DNA from: a virus
Taxonomy: Duplodnaviria; Caudoviricetes
Strand: one strand, 5' to 3'
IMG/VR virus record: IMGVR_UViG_3300037247_001071
Coordinates: 1 to 52,884 of that record
Length of the DNA: 52,884 nucleotides
Below are positions 1 to 7,178 of the stretch, piece after piece. The position numbers were made by a program, and so were the translations under genes. Positions within the stretch are counted from its first letter, which is position 1. Each line of letters starts with the position of its first letter. The notes below the pieces were generated by a model, which worked only from the letters and a program-made list of their open reading frames with translations, did not search any database and was not told where the DNA came from.

Positions 1-117
1 TTTCTTGCCTCGGGCGACTACGCGAAGGAGCCGGCAGTAGCGCCACTCGTCCTTTACGTGAATGCGAAACCCGGAGGTGCGACCGGGCATGCTGTCGGTG
101 TAGACGGTTTCCATGGT

Positions 118-312
118 TTACTTGTCCCTTCTACGAAGCCAGCGAATTATGCTGACGTTCACATGGTAGCCCTTGTCCCACTGGCGCCCCAACAAACGGA
201 ACGCATCGTCTACGCTCAAGTCGCCCGCCTTGACGCGCTCACGAATGCGGTGGCCGCCCGGCCTCACGAGATCACCTCGACGTCGGCGCGTTTTAGCTAA
301 GGTCAAGGTCAA
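118..312 (-). CDS. Small basic hypothetical protein, allele A (64 aa)
   Basis: MTLTLAK...WLRRRDK. It lies in the minus-strand operon, and the frame is preserved in the divergent second copy. Confidence 0.5.
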   Translation of the reverse strand: MTLTLAKTRRRRGDLVRPGGHRIRERVKAGDLSVDDAFRLLGRQWDKGYHVNVSIIRWLRRRDK

Positions 313-481
313 GCTCCCCTTTCAGCATACCCAACATGGCACGCAAGACTTTCTCGTTCACGAATACCCACATATCCGATTGACCGCTGGAAGACAAGGC
401 ATCGATAAGTATGTCCCCTTCGGGGTCTGGGGTGCCATCGGTGGTGTAGGTCCATCCCCCAGCGGTCCACGTAATTTTCAC
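293..481 (-). CDS. Hypothetical protein (62 aa); second copy 48296..48484
   Basis: GTG start overlaps the RNA ligase stop (GTGA), preceded by GGAG. Confidence 0.55.
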   Translation of the reverse strand: MKITWTAGGWTYTTDGTPDPEGDILIDALSSSGQSDMWVFVNEKVLRAMLGMLKGELDLDLS

Positions 482-1140
482 GGGTGCACTCCTTTCGGGC
501 GGTTGTCCGCCGTGAGCTTGAGTTTTGTGCCGAACGCGGAGATGATGAGCCCCTCGCCCGGTATGGGTTCGGCCTGGCCGAGGGAGGCGGCGTCGACATA
601 GGATCGGTGCAGGACCGCTTCTAGTGCGACCGCAATGTGTTTCAGGCTGAATGGCGCCTTCTCCACGAGCACGGGCACGGTCGCCAGCTGATCGGGCACC
701 CCCAGCCCGTCACCGGTGCGGAAGGCCTCGAACTTCTCGGGCGGGTGCCTGTGCCAGTGGAACAGGAAAAACGTCCTCTCGTCGAGTCCTAGGGGGTTCT
801 TCTGGATCCCGGGGCCGGCCCACTCGCCATAGTGGTAGCCTTCGCCCAGAAACTCCACGAGGGCGGATTCATTGGCCCGGACCCAGGCGGCGAAGCCGTA
901 GTTGTCGCGGCATTCGCGCTTCTGGATCGTGCGGCCGGTGTCATGGTCCACCATGCGGGGGATGTCGGGCTCGATAGCCCGCTTGCGGCTGCCGATGCAG
1001 GTGACGCGAAGATCAGTATCTTCTGGGTGCCGTGGATTCTCCTGGGCGACGACGATCAGCCCGTTCGTGCCGTCGATCTTTTCGGTGACCGACATGGTCG
1101 CGCCCGCCAGCCGGGCGATTTTCGGGTAGGGTTCGAACAT
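478..1140 (-). CDS. ATP-dependent RNA ligase (Rnl2-like nucleotidyltransferase domain)
   Basis: Motif I TEKIDGTN, YGEWAGPGIQKN, FFLF, EGLII and terminal KLT. Likely start is ATG at 1140 (MFEPYPKIARL) after AGAAAG. Confidence 0.8.
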   Translation of the reverse strand: MFEPYPKIARLAGATMSVTEKIDGTNGLIVVAQENPRHPEDTDLRVTCIGSRKRAIEPDIPRMVDHDTGRTIQKRECRDNYGFAAWVRANESALVEFLGEGYHYGEWAGPGIQKNPLGLDERTFFLFHWHRHPPEKFEAFRTGDGLGVPDQLATVPVLVEKAPFSLKHIAVALEAVLHRSYVDAASLGQAEPIPGEGLIISAFGTKLKLTADNRPKGVHP

Positions 1141-1164
1141 CTGTGTCACTTTCTATGATACCTG

Positions 1165-1227
1165 TGTCCCGGTACCCCAGGGTATATACTATATTACACA
1201 CTACCCCCTATAGAACAGGGGGGTCGT
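1165..1227 (-). promoter_or_regulatory. Conserved ~64-bp operon-leader element (copy A; also 49168..49230)
   Basis: Near-identical reverse complement of 6181..6245, located just upstream of the RNA ligase gene. Confidence 0.7.
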
Positions 1228-1243
1228 GTTTTTACTTCACACA

Positions 1244-1283
1244 CAACCCCCGGGGCAGCGCACGGCATAACCCCCGGGGTTCG
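1244..1283 (-). terminator. Putative hairpin/terminator after the DUF932-like gene
   Basis: Two AACCCCCGGGG units can form a long GC stem directly after the stop at 1290; the U-tract is weak. Confidence 0.45.
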
Positions 1284-1289
1284 TGGCGC

Positions 1290-2027
1290 TTAGAACGCCA
1301 GCGCCACCTCCGTGTCCACGGCCTCGTGCAGTCGGATCGTGCGACCCACGAGGCGCTCCGCGTTGGAGCCCTTCAGGGTCTCGGTGACAGCGTTGAAGAA
1401 GGTCCAGGCTGTGTCGCGGCCGTGCTCTTCGTGGCTCGGTGACTCGAACTCACTCAGGATCGCCGGGATCTTCGATGCGGGCAACCCGCCGCTGCGGACC
1501 AACCTCATGAGCGTACGATCCACCGCCGGCTCCATGAACGCCGTTTCGCGGTACGTGGTGTACCGGGCGGCGAGGCGGTCGGCTTCACCTAGCAGCCGGT
1601 CGAGTCCGGACTCCACACGGCCCGGCAAGTCCCGCCGGCAGTACATGGTGTTCTTGCGAGAGACCCTCACCTCACCAGTGAAGGCGAGATTGTCGCAGAC
1701 GAACACCTGGGAGCCCCCCACGAGGGACGCGGCGAAAGACTGGTCCAGGGAACCACGGATCCCGAGCGCCATGGTCCAGTCCGGGCTCACTGCCGAGCCC
1801 GGGTCCAGGATCAGGAGGCCGAAGTAGCGGAGTCCGTTCTTCGAGAGCGCGATTCGCTCCTCACGGATTTCGATCCCTCGCTCCTTGACGGAGTCCACCA
1901 CGGTGTCGCGGAGTACATCATGGGGCAAGGGGTAGTGACGGCTCCCGAGGATCTCGGGCTCGGGGACGCAACGCAGTTCGTCAAGCGTGGCGAACTTCGC
2001 ACCAGAATCCAGAGCAAGCGTGGACAT
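1290..2027 (-). CDS. DUF932-like phage/plasmid early protein
   Basis: Pattern RYFGLL...ALGIRGSLDQSF...GSQVFVCDNLAF...TAWTFFNAVTE; RBS GAAAGGA. Confidence 0.75.
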   Translation of the reverse strand: MSTLALDSGAKFATLDELRCVPEPEILGSRHYPLPHDVLRDTVVDSVKERGIEIREERIALSKNGLRYFGLLILDPGSAVSPDWTMALGIRGSLDQSFAASLVGGSQVFVCDNLAFTGEVRVSRKNTMYCRRDLPGRVESGLDRLLGEADRLAARYTTYRETAFMEPAVDRTLMRLVRSGGLPASKIPAILSEFESPSHEEHGRDTAWTFFNAVTETLKGSNAERLVGRTIRLHEAVDTEVALAF

Positions 2028-2078
2028 ACTGGTTCCTTTCGGTGGGGGCGTGGCAAGTTGCCGTGCCGATTGTACTCA

Positions 2079-2106
2079 AGTATACCCGGTATACCAGAAT
2101 CGTCAA
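2079..2106 (-). promoter_or_regulatory. Sigma-70-type promoter for the DUF932-like gene (also 50082..50109)
   Basis: Minus strand TTGACG-16 bp-TATACT; overlaps the imperfect palindrome GTATAC-CCG-GTATAC. Confidence 0.65.
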
Positions 2107-2125
2107 GGAGGATCCCGTAAGTGGT

Positions 2126-2686
2126 CTAACTGTCGGCCTTTGTGAACATGTAGATTTCGAAGCTGCGGCACTTGTGGATGGACGGACAGGTTAGGCAATT
2201 CCACCCGCAGACGTTGCCGATTTCCATGGCCACGTTAACGCTGCCGTCTTGATAGATGCCAGCGTTCGTCCACCCCGCCAGCGGCACGTCACGGCGCACT
2301 GTGACGTACGCCACCCCGCCGGGCCGTAGCGCGGTCAGGATCCCTTGTACCACGAACATACGTTCCGCGGCGGTTGGGAGGGTGTCCAGGACGTGCGTGC
2401 AAAACACCACGTCAAAAGTCCCCATGGCGTGTTTGCCGCCTTCGGGGCAATGCACGGGGTCAAATCCCATGGCGTCTGCGCCGAGCCCCCGGAGCTCTTC
2501 AACGTCCTTCCCGTAGCCACACCCGTAATCCAGAACGCGCAGGCTCTTTTTGTAAAGGACATGCCCTTGCGTCGCAAGCCACCTACAAGGCACGCTCCAG
2601 GTTTTGCGGGTGAGCGCAGTGCGCCCAGACGCCTCGCGATGTTGGTGGATGATCTCGCTGGTGCTTGGTTCGTTGACGGTAGTCAT
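2126..2686 (-). CDS. Class I SAM-dependent methyltransferase
   Basis: VLDYGCGYGKD, GFDP, FDVVFCTHVL, LRPGGVAYVTVR; ATG at 2686 after GGAGG. Confidence 0.8.
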   Translation of the reverse strand: MTTVNEPSTSEIIHQHREASGRTALTRKTWSVPCRWLATQGHVLYKKSLRVLDYGCGYGKDVEELRGLGADAMGFDPVHCPEGGKHAMGTFDVVFCTHVLDTLPTAAERMFVVQGILTALRPGGVAYVTVRRDVPLAGWTNAGIYQDGSVNVAMEIGNVCGWNCLTCPSIHKCRSFEIYMFTKADS

Positions 2687-2698
2687 TATGGCCACCTC

Positions 2699-3457
2699 CT
2701 AGTGTACCACGAACGCACCGGCATCGGCCGGGTTCGTGTTGCCCTTGAATGTGAGCCCCGCGACGGTGCCGGGGGGATCCATGAATCGCGCGTCGGTTTC
2801 GTCGGCGTCCAGCACCGGGAAGCCCTTCCACGTGGCGGGGAGCTCTCCGCTGAATACTATCGCGACGTTGCCGCCGGCGGCGAGCACACGGACGCAATCG
2901 TTGTCATTGTCTCCGGAACGGGAAACCGTTACGTGGTAGTTTTCCCAGCTGGCCCGGCGGGTGTTCTTTGTGTAATCGTAGAATTGCACCCTCGGGAACT
3001 GTTGCGCGAAGTTCCACGCGGGGATCACGTCGCTTGTGCCATTCAAGCGGATTGCGGGCAGCATGCCGAGTCTCTCTGCCTTGCGTGCATGCTGGCGGAT
3101 TTCTTCGCGGAGCAGCGCCCAGAACACGGGCCTAGCGTACAGGAACAGCGCCGTTTTCCAGACTCGGGAGTTGCGCGACGGTCTGAAGACCATTTGCCCG
3201 CTACTGTGTCCGAGACATGCGACGCGACACCCCGCGGTTGCCCATGGACACATATCGCGTCCGGACTCTGTGGCTGGGGACAAGTAGGCGACGGCCGTAA
3301 GAATGCCCTTCTTCTCCCCTTTGAGGATCTTGACGGAAGCGCCTAGGATCCTAGGGTTTCGGGGCAACCGCGCGGCTCGCATTTGGGGTGTGGCGCGTGG
3401 ATCGGTTTGGACGCTTGTCCATGCGGCATGGACTAGGTCGTGCAGTTTCCTTTGCAC
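2699..3457 (-). CDS. GP88-like protein with a CPx5Cx3C (radical-SAM-like) cysteine motif
   Basis: CPWATAGCRVAC, IRLNGTSD, FYDYTK, DARFMDP. Confidence 0.7.
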   Translation of the reverse strand: MQRKLHDLVHAAWTSVQTDPRATPQMRAARLPRNPRILGASVKILKGEKKGILTAVAYLSPATESGRDMCPWATAGCRVACLGHSSGQMVFRPSRNSRVWKTALFLYARPVFWALLREEIRQHARKAERLGMLPAIRLNGTSDVIPAWNFAQQFPRVQFYDYTKNTRRASWENYHVTVSRSGDNDNDCVRVLAAGGNVAIVFSGELPATWKGFPVLDADETDARFMDPPGTVAGLTFKGNTNPADAGAFVVH

Positions 3458-3459
3458 GG

Positions 3460-3678
3460 CTAGACCTTTTCCAGGTTACCGAAGTTGAAGTGTCGTGCGC
3501 GACCGAGTGGGTCGATTTCGTCAACGGCTACGAATGGTCCACCCTTCTTGCAGAGTCCGCAGCTGCACACTTGAATGATCCAGCGTGACAGCCCTTCTCC
3601 GCCTACGTACTGTCCGGTGTTCCGAAGGAATTCTCTGGTGAGGCGGACGCGGGTTCCGGGTTCTGGTTTCGCTCTCAT
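3460..3678 (-). CDS. Hypothetical protein with a CxCxxC motif
   Basis: ATGA-coupled to the upstream ORF; CSCGLC. Confidence 0.6.
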   Translation of the reverse strand: MRAKPEPGTRVRLTREFLRNTGQYVGGEGLSRWIIQVCSCGLCKKGGPFVAVDEIDPLGRARHFNFGNLEKV

Positions 3679-3983
3679 TTCGTGCCTTTCCAGCTGGCGT
3701 TGGCGTACGAGCGCGCCTTTACAAGCGCGATCTTGAGAGTAGTGTGTTCCTGGAACGCACCCACCGTTTGGATCTGGCCACTTCGGTTAGAGAAGCGGAC
3801 AGTGTATCTGGGAAACCCGTTAGGGCTCTCGGAACTGACGAAGTAAACACCACGCTTGCCCCGGTAGCTGCCAGGGAACACGATGCTGGAGACGCGGGAC
3901 TTGAAGAGCCGCATAGTGGCGGGGTCGAACCATGAATGTCCAGTCTCGCCATTTCGTTGCTTGATGTCACCAAGGGTGAACAC
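3675..3983 (-). CDS. Conserved phage early hypothetical protein
   Basis: HSWFDPATMRLFKSR...YFVSSE...RYTVR pattern; GGAG RBS before the GTG start. Confidence 0.65.
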   Translation of the reverse strand: MFTLGDIKQRNGETGHSWFDPATMRLFKSRVSSIVFPGSYRGKRGVYFVSSESPNGFPRYTVRFSNRSGQIQTVGAFQEHTTLKIALVKARSYANASWKGTK

Positions 3984-3999
3984 AGTAGACTCCTTCCGG

Positions 4000-4080
4000 T
4001 TAGTCGGACTCGCCGCGCATAAGGGCTACGATGCGGGCCACGACATGGATCAGCATGACAACCGCGAGACTGCTCCACAT
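4000..4080 (-). CDS. Tiny hydrophobic peptide (26 aa)
   Basis: MWSSLAVVMLIHVVARIVALMRGESD; TAATG-coupled to the upstream ORF; below the ORF-track cutoff. Confidence 0.45.
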   Translation of the reverse strand: MWSSLAVVMLIHVVARIVALMRGESD

Positions 4081-4256
4081 TATGCTTTCTCCTGACACTT
4101 CTGGCATTGTCCGGTGATCAGGTATTCGCGTCGGCTTAACTCACTTGTGAAGTCTGTAGCCTTGCCGTCGCAGTATGCGCACTCGTCTGCGAGGATCGCC
4201 GTGCGTCGGCGAGGAAAGAAGTTGTCAACGGGACGGCGTGGTCCGGGGTCGGCCAT
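4080..4256 (-). CDS. Small Zn-binding protein (58 aa)
   Basis: MADPGPRR...CAYC...SELSRREYLITGQCQKCQEKA; two CxxC pairs; translated by hand. Confidence 0.6.
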   Translation of the reverse strand: MADPGPRRPVDNFFPRRRTAILADECAYCDGKATDFTSELSRREYLITGQCQKCQEKA

Positions 4257-4257
4257 G

Positions 4258-4365
4258 TTACTGTCCGTCCACGAGGTTGACCAGCGAGGTCAGGATTTGT
4301 GTTGCGGCGTAGAACGCGAAGGTGATGGGAACGAGGATCGCAGCGGCTTTCCAGCGGTAGTCCAT
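4258..4365 (-). CDS. Small membrane peptide (35 aa)
   Basis: MDYRWKAAAILVPITFAFYAATQILTSLVNLVDGQ; GAGGAGG RBS; TAATG coupling. Confidence 0.55.
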   Translation of the reverse strand: MDYRWKAAAILVPITFAFYAATQILTSLVNLVDGQ

Positions 4366-4526
4366 TACTTCCTCCTCTGTTGCGCGTCTCTGCGTTGATG
4401 CTCCAGCTTCGCCAGCAAAAGATCTCGTGTGATTTTTGTGGCGAGAGCAACACGGTGTGGGTCGTTCGACTTGAGCGCTTCGGCGATTGCCTCTGCAATC
4501 TGTTGCGCGATCACTGTCGAGGACAT
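4365..4526 (-). CDS. First early gene, small helical protein (53 aa)
   Basis: MSSTVIAQQIAEAIAEALKS...QQRRK; GGAGG RBS; translated by hand. Confidence 0.55.
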   Translation of the reverse strand: MSSTVIAQQIAEAIAEALKSNDPHRVALATKITRDLLLAKLEHQRRDAQQRRK

Positions 4527-4566
4527 GTCTACCCTCCGTTCTTGCCGCCTTCATTGGCGACACTTC

Positions 4567-4595
4567 AGACTATCATGTGGAAGCGTATCTGTCCA
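4567..4595 (-). promoter_or_regulatory. Putative sigma-70 early promoter (also 52570..52598)
   Basis: Minus strand TGGACA-17 bp-TAGTCT with a TGn extension, ~40 bp before the first early ORF. Confidence 0.5.
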
Positions 4596-4807
4596 ATGGA
4601 ATTGGCAAGTAAACTCTAACTCGTGGTGTGATAGGCAGTTATGGTAGTCGCACGAGAGACTACAGAGCACCAGTACAGTGATAGGCGTGGATCGGGGTGG
4701 TGCGGCTCGGACCCAATTGGTCCAGCCCGCACGTACAGCATGGTATGCACCGTCCCGCCCCGAAAGTATAAGGCATGCGCGTGGTGTGGTGCGGTCCGCT
4801 CCGTTAC

Positions 4808-4875
4808 TGTAAGCGCCGTGCCAGGTTAGGGGTGTAGCAAGTAGCGTGCCGGGTGGGGTGGGTATGGTTTTTGCA
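4808..4875. promoter_or_regulatory. Cluster of three sigma-54 (-24/-12)-like motifs (also 52811..52878)
   Basis: Minus 4836..4851 CGGCACG-CTAC-TTGCT; minus 4808..4823 TGGCACG-GCGC-TTACA; plus 4860..4875 GGGTATG-GTTT-TTGCA. Confidence 0.5.
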
Positions 4876-4973
4876 TGGGCGGACCGGGGGGAGGGGGGAA
4901 CTTCACCCCTTAGTATATGGGTGTGGCTGTGAACACGCCTGGGTATATAGGCTCCGAACCAGGGGCCGGGAGG

Positions 4974-5330
4974 TTAGAGCGCTGCCTGAGCGGCCTGAGC
5001 GGCTGCTTTTAGCCGACTTACGACTCTAACACGTGCTTCCAGAATCGCTTCGGGGGTCGGGATGCCGGGGGTGCCCCGCAAGAGCTGCAGAGCATCGATG
5101 CAATCGATGATCTCGGGCGGGAACTTCAGGAGCCGCATCGCTTTGGGTAGATCTTGACCCTCTACAAGCACAGTGCCCTCCTCGACGCGACCGTACCCCA
5201 GGTACTTCTGGAGCCGTCGCGCCCGCATCGCAGCACCGGTGGGGATCTCGATGTAGACGCGGGTGCGCCTACCGGCCCTGCGGATCATCAATTTGCTGAA
5301 AATCGCCCAAATCGGAAAGTCCGCTTCCAT
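4974..5330 (-). CDS. Hypothetical protein, possibly a degenerate LAGLIDADG-like fold
   Basis: LQKYLGYGRV and the C-terminal helix resemble phage LAGLIDADG-type proteins, but no intact catalytic helix is visible. Confidence 0.35.
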   Translation of the reverse strand: MEADFPIWAIFSKLMIRRAGRRTRVYIEIPTGAAMRARRLQKYLGYGRVEEGTVLVEGQDLPKAMRLLKFPPEIIDCIDALQLLRGTPGIPTPEAILEARVRVVSRLKAAAQAAQAAL

Positions 5331-5664
5331 CGATGTAACTCCTTACGGTAGCGATGATTTCGCAAACTCGGTCCCCAGACACCTGGAGCTCCACCTTGAT
5401 CTCTCGCACGGTGTAGCCCTGCATCCGCATGACCAAGATTGCGCGGTCGAGATCTCCCCACCCGCGAAGCATTGGCTGCAGGCAGACAATCAGGCTCTCC
5501 CACGCCTCTGCAGGGGAACAAGCCTCGGGACCGGGGGCGTTCCCCTGTAGGACAAGTGCGCCGCGCCGATGGGTCGCAGCGTACTGAAGGCCCTCCAACC
5601 CGGTCGTGGTTCTCCGCGGGAGGCGGGGGGTGTCCGCCAGCACGAGCAAAATGGGAGCATTCAT
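5269..5664 (-). CDS. Sigma-70 region-4-like HTH transcription regulator
   Basis: DRAILVMRMQGYTVREIKVELQVSGDRVCEII; start placed at ATG 5664 (uncertain). Confidence 0.6.
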   Translation of the reverse strand: MNAPILLVLADTPRLPRRTTTGLEGLQYAATHRRGALVLQGNAPGPEACSPAEAWESLIVCLQPMLRGWGDLDRAILVMRMQGYTVREIKVELQVSGDRVCEIIATVRSYIDGSGLSDLGDFQQIDDPQGR

Positions 5665-6016
5665 GAAAGACCCCGAGGACCCTTTCTCCGTCACCCGAGA
5701 GTCATTCGTTCCGTTCAACGCCGACAAACCGCCACTCCTTTACCCAGGGGTGTACATCTTTCTGAAGAAGGACAAGGCAGTCTACGTCGGCGAGAGCGGG
5801 AACATTCCCAGGCGACTGAAGGAGCACCGCCGGAAGAAGTGGTTCGAGGAAGGCCTCGAAATACGCATCCTGTGGTGTGCTGACGATCAAGTCCGACTCG
5901 TGGCGGAGACTGTCATGATTCTTCGTGAGCGGCCGAGATTCAACCGCGTCATCAAGATCGGCCTGACCCAAACAGGGCGAGTCTATGGCCTGAACTTCCT
6001 TCGGTCATCTAGATGA
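5663..6016 (+). CDS. GIY-YIG family endonuclease
   Basis: GVYIF...VYVGES...RRLKEH...E...PRFN; ATG at 5663 after GGGAG. Confidence 0.8.
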   Translation: MKDPEDPFSVTRESFVPFNADKPPLLYPGVYIFLKKDKAVYVGESGNIPRRLKEHRRKKWFEEGLEIRILWCADDQVRLVAETVMILRERPRFNRVIKIGLTQTGRVYGLNFLRSSR

Positions 6017-6041
6017 TAGCACATCCTATGCCATTTGTCAA
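6013..6041 (-). promoter_or_regulatory. Strong sigma-70 promoter with an embedded sigma-54-like motif
   Basis: Minus strand TTGACA-17 bp-TATCAT with a TGn extension; the spacer contains TGGCATA-GGAT-GTGCT (GG-N10-GC). Confidence 0.65.
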
Positions 6042-6180
6042 GTGGATTCTCAAGTTTTTTCAACAGCGAAACTACAGAAAGTGTACAGGATGTGGTCAAC
6101 CCTGGGTGTGGTGTGCCGACTCTGGGGGACCTTGTCCCGGCCGGCGAGTCGTAAGTCCAGTAAAAGATGTGTAATATAAT

Positions 6181-6245
6181 ACGACCCCCCCTGTTCTATA
6201 GGGGGAGGGTGTGTAATATAGTATATACCCTAGGGTACCGGGACA
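6181..6245 (+). promoter_or_regulatory. Conserved ~64-bp operon-leader element (copy B)
   Basis: ACGACCCCCCCTGTTCTATAGGGGGAGGGTGTGTAATATAGTATATACCCTAGGGTACCGGGACA, ending 15 bp before the late operon start. Confidence 0.7.
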
Positions 6246-6260
6246 GGGGGTCCATAATAA

Positions 6261-6887
6261 ATGACACAGGGCAGTGAAGACGTTCTGCAGCCCTCCGGGA
6301 GCGCACCTCCCCCGCGGAAGCGCAAGATGTCCACCACACTGACGAAGCTCGCGCAGCGCAGTCTTGACGTAGATGACGACGAGATAAGGACTTACGCACC
6401 CACCGAGATGGACCTCCAAATGGCGGAGGCCATGATCTCGGGCTGCATCACGTTCACCCAGATCGCGGAGCAAATCGGGGCTGACCCCTCCACGGTCTCC
6501 CGCGCGATGCGCCACCCCGTCCGATGCGGGTGGCTCTCCTCCCAGCTCCAACGCATCGTGGCCAAACGCATCGGTCTCGTGGACGCCGCCCTCGTCGCGC
6601 GCGCCCTCTCTGGCGACGTCCGGGCCATCAAGCTCTACTACGAGCGCTTTGGCGAGCTCGTCCACCGCTCCCACATCACCACGACCCGGCTCGATTTCGA
6701 CCCCTCGAAGCTCTCCGACGAGGACCTCGACATCATCATCCGCTCAGAGCGCGCCAAAGGGGCCACAGACGCCCATTTTACCGTCGCCTCACAGGAACCC
6801 GCTGAGAGCCCCTCAGAGGCCCCAGAAGCCACGCCAGAAACCCCCGTACCTCCCCCACCGGAAACACCCTCCGGCGAGCACCCGTAA
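6261..6887 (+). CDS. Putative terminase small subunit (HTH)
   Basis: HTH TFTQIAEQIGADPSTVSR; ALVARALSGDVRAIKLYYE; first gene of the late operon, upstream of TerL. Confidence 0.65.
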   Translation: MTQGSEDVLQPSGSAPPPRKRKMSTTLTKLAQRSLDVDDDEIRTYAPTEMDLQMAEAMISGCITFTQIAEQIGADPSTVSRAMRHPVRCGWLSSQLQRIVAKRIGLVDAALVARALSGDVRAIKLYYERFGELVHRSHITTTRLDFDPSKLSDEDLDIIIRSERAKGATDAHFTVASQEPAESPSEAPEATPETPVPPPPETPSGEHP

Positions 6888-6896
6888 GGAGCCACC

Positions 6897-7178
6897 ATGC
6901 CAGATCCCCAAGCAGGAATGATCGTCCCTCTTCCCTGTCAAGGAAAGCCGAGAGGAAGGTTGGTCCGGCGGATCACCGCCTGCGGAGCCCGCCATCCCAT
7001 CGAACACACGGAGTTCTACGAGCGGATGTATGTCCGCATGATGCCCACCCTGCATCTCGTCAGCATCCACGACCTCCACAAGAACGTGAAGGTCACCGAG
7101 CGGGTCTTCGTCCACGAGGGCGAATTTGAGCGCACCGAAGACGGTTACCCCATTTACATCCTCAGGGAGCAATTGTGA
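6897..7178 (+). CDS. Hypothetical protein
   Basis: AAGGAG RBS; tight operon packing. Confidence 0.6.
   Translation: MPDPQAGMIVPLPCQGKPRGRLVRRITACGARHPIEHTEFYERMYVRMMPTLHLVSIHDLHKNVKVTERVFVHEGEFERTEDGYPIYILREQL

Larger units (their letters stand above)
1..4881. repeat. Long terminal direct repeat, left copy
   Basis: 1..~143 matches 48067..~48209 (one substitution at 128). ~295..4881 matches 48298..52884 at a constant offset of 48003, with an identical ORF track. The window ends exactly at the end of the right copy. Confidence 0.95.

Noticed and set aside
128-294. Diversity-generating retroelement as the source of the two repeat alleles
   Set aside because: No reverse transcriptase gene is present, and the difference is a block replacement rather than adenine-specific substitutions.
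2051-2068. Additional sigma-54-like motif (minus strand CGGCACG-GCAAC-TTGCC)
   Set aside because: The spacing is one base too long for the strict GG-N10-GC geometry.
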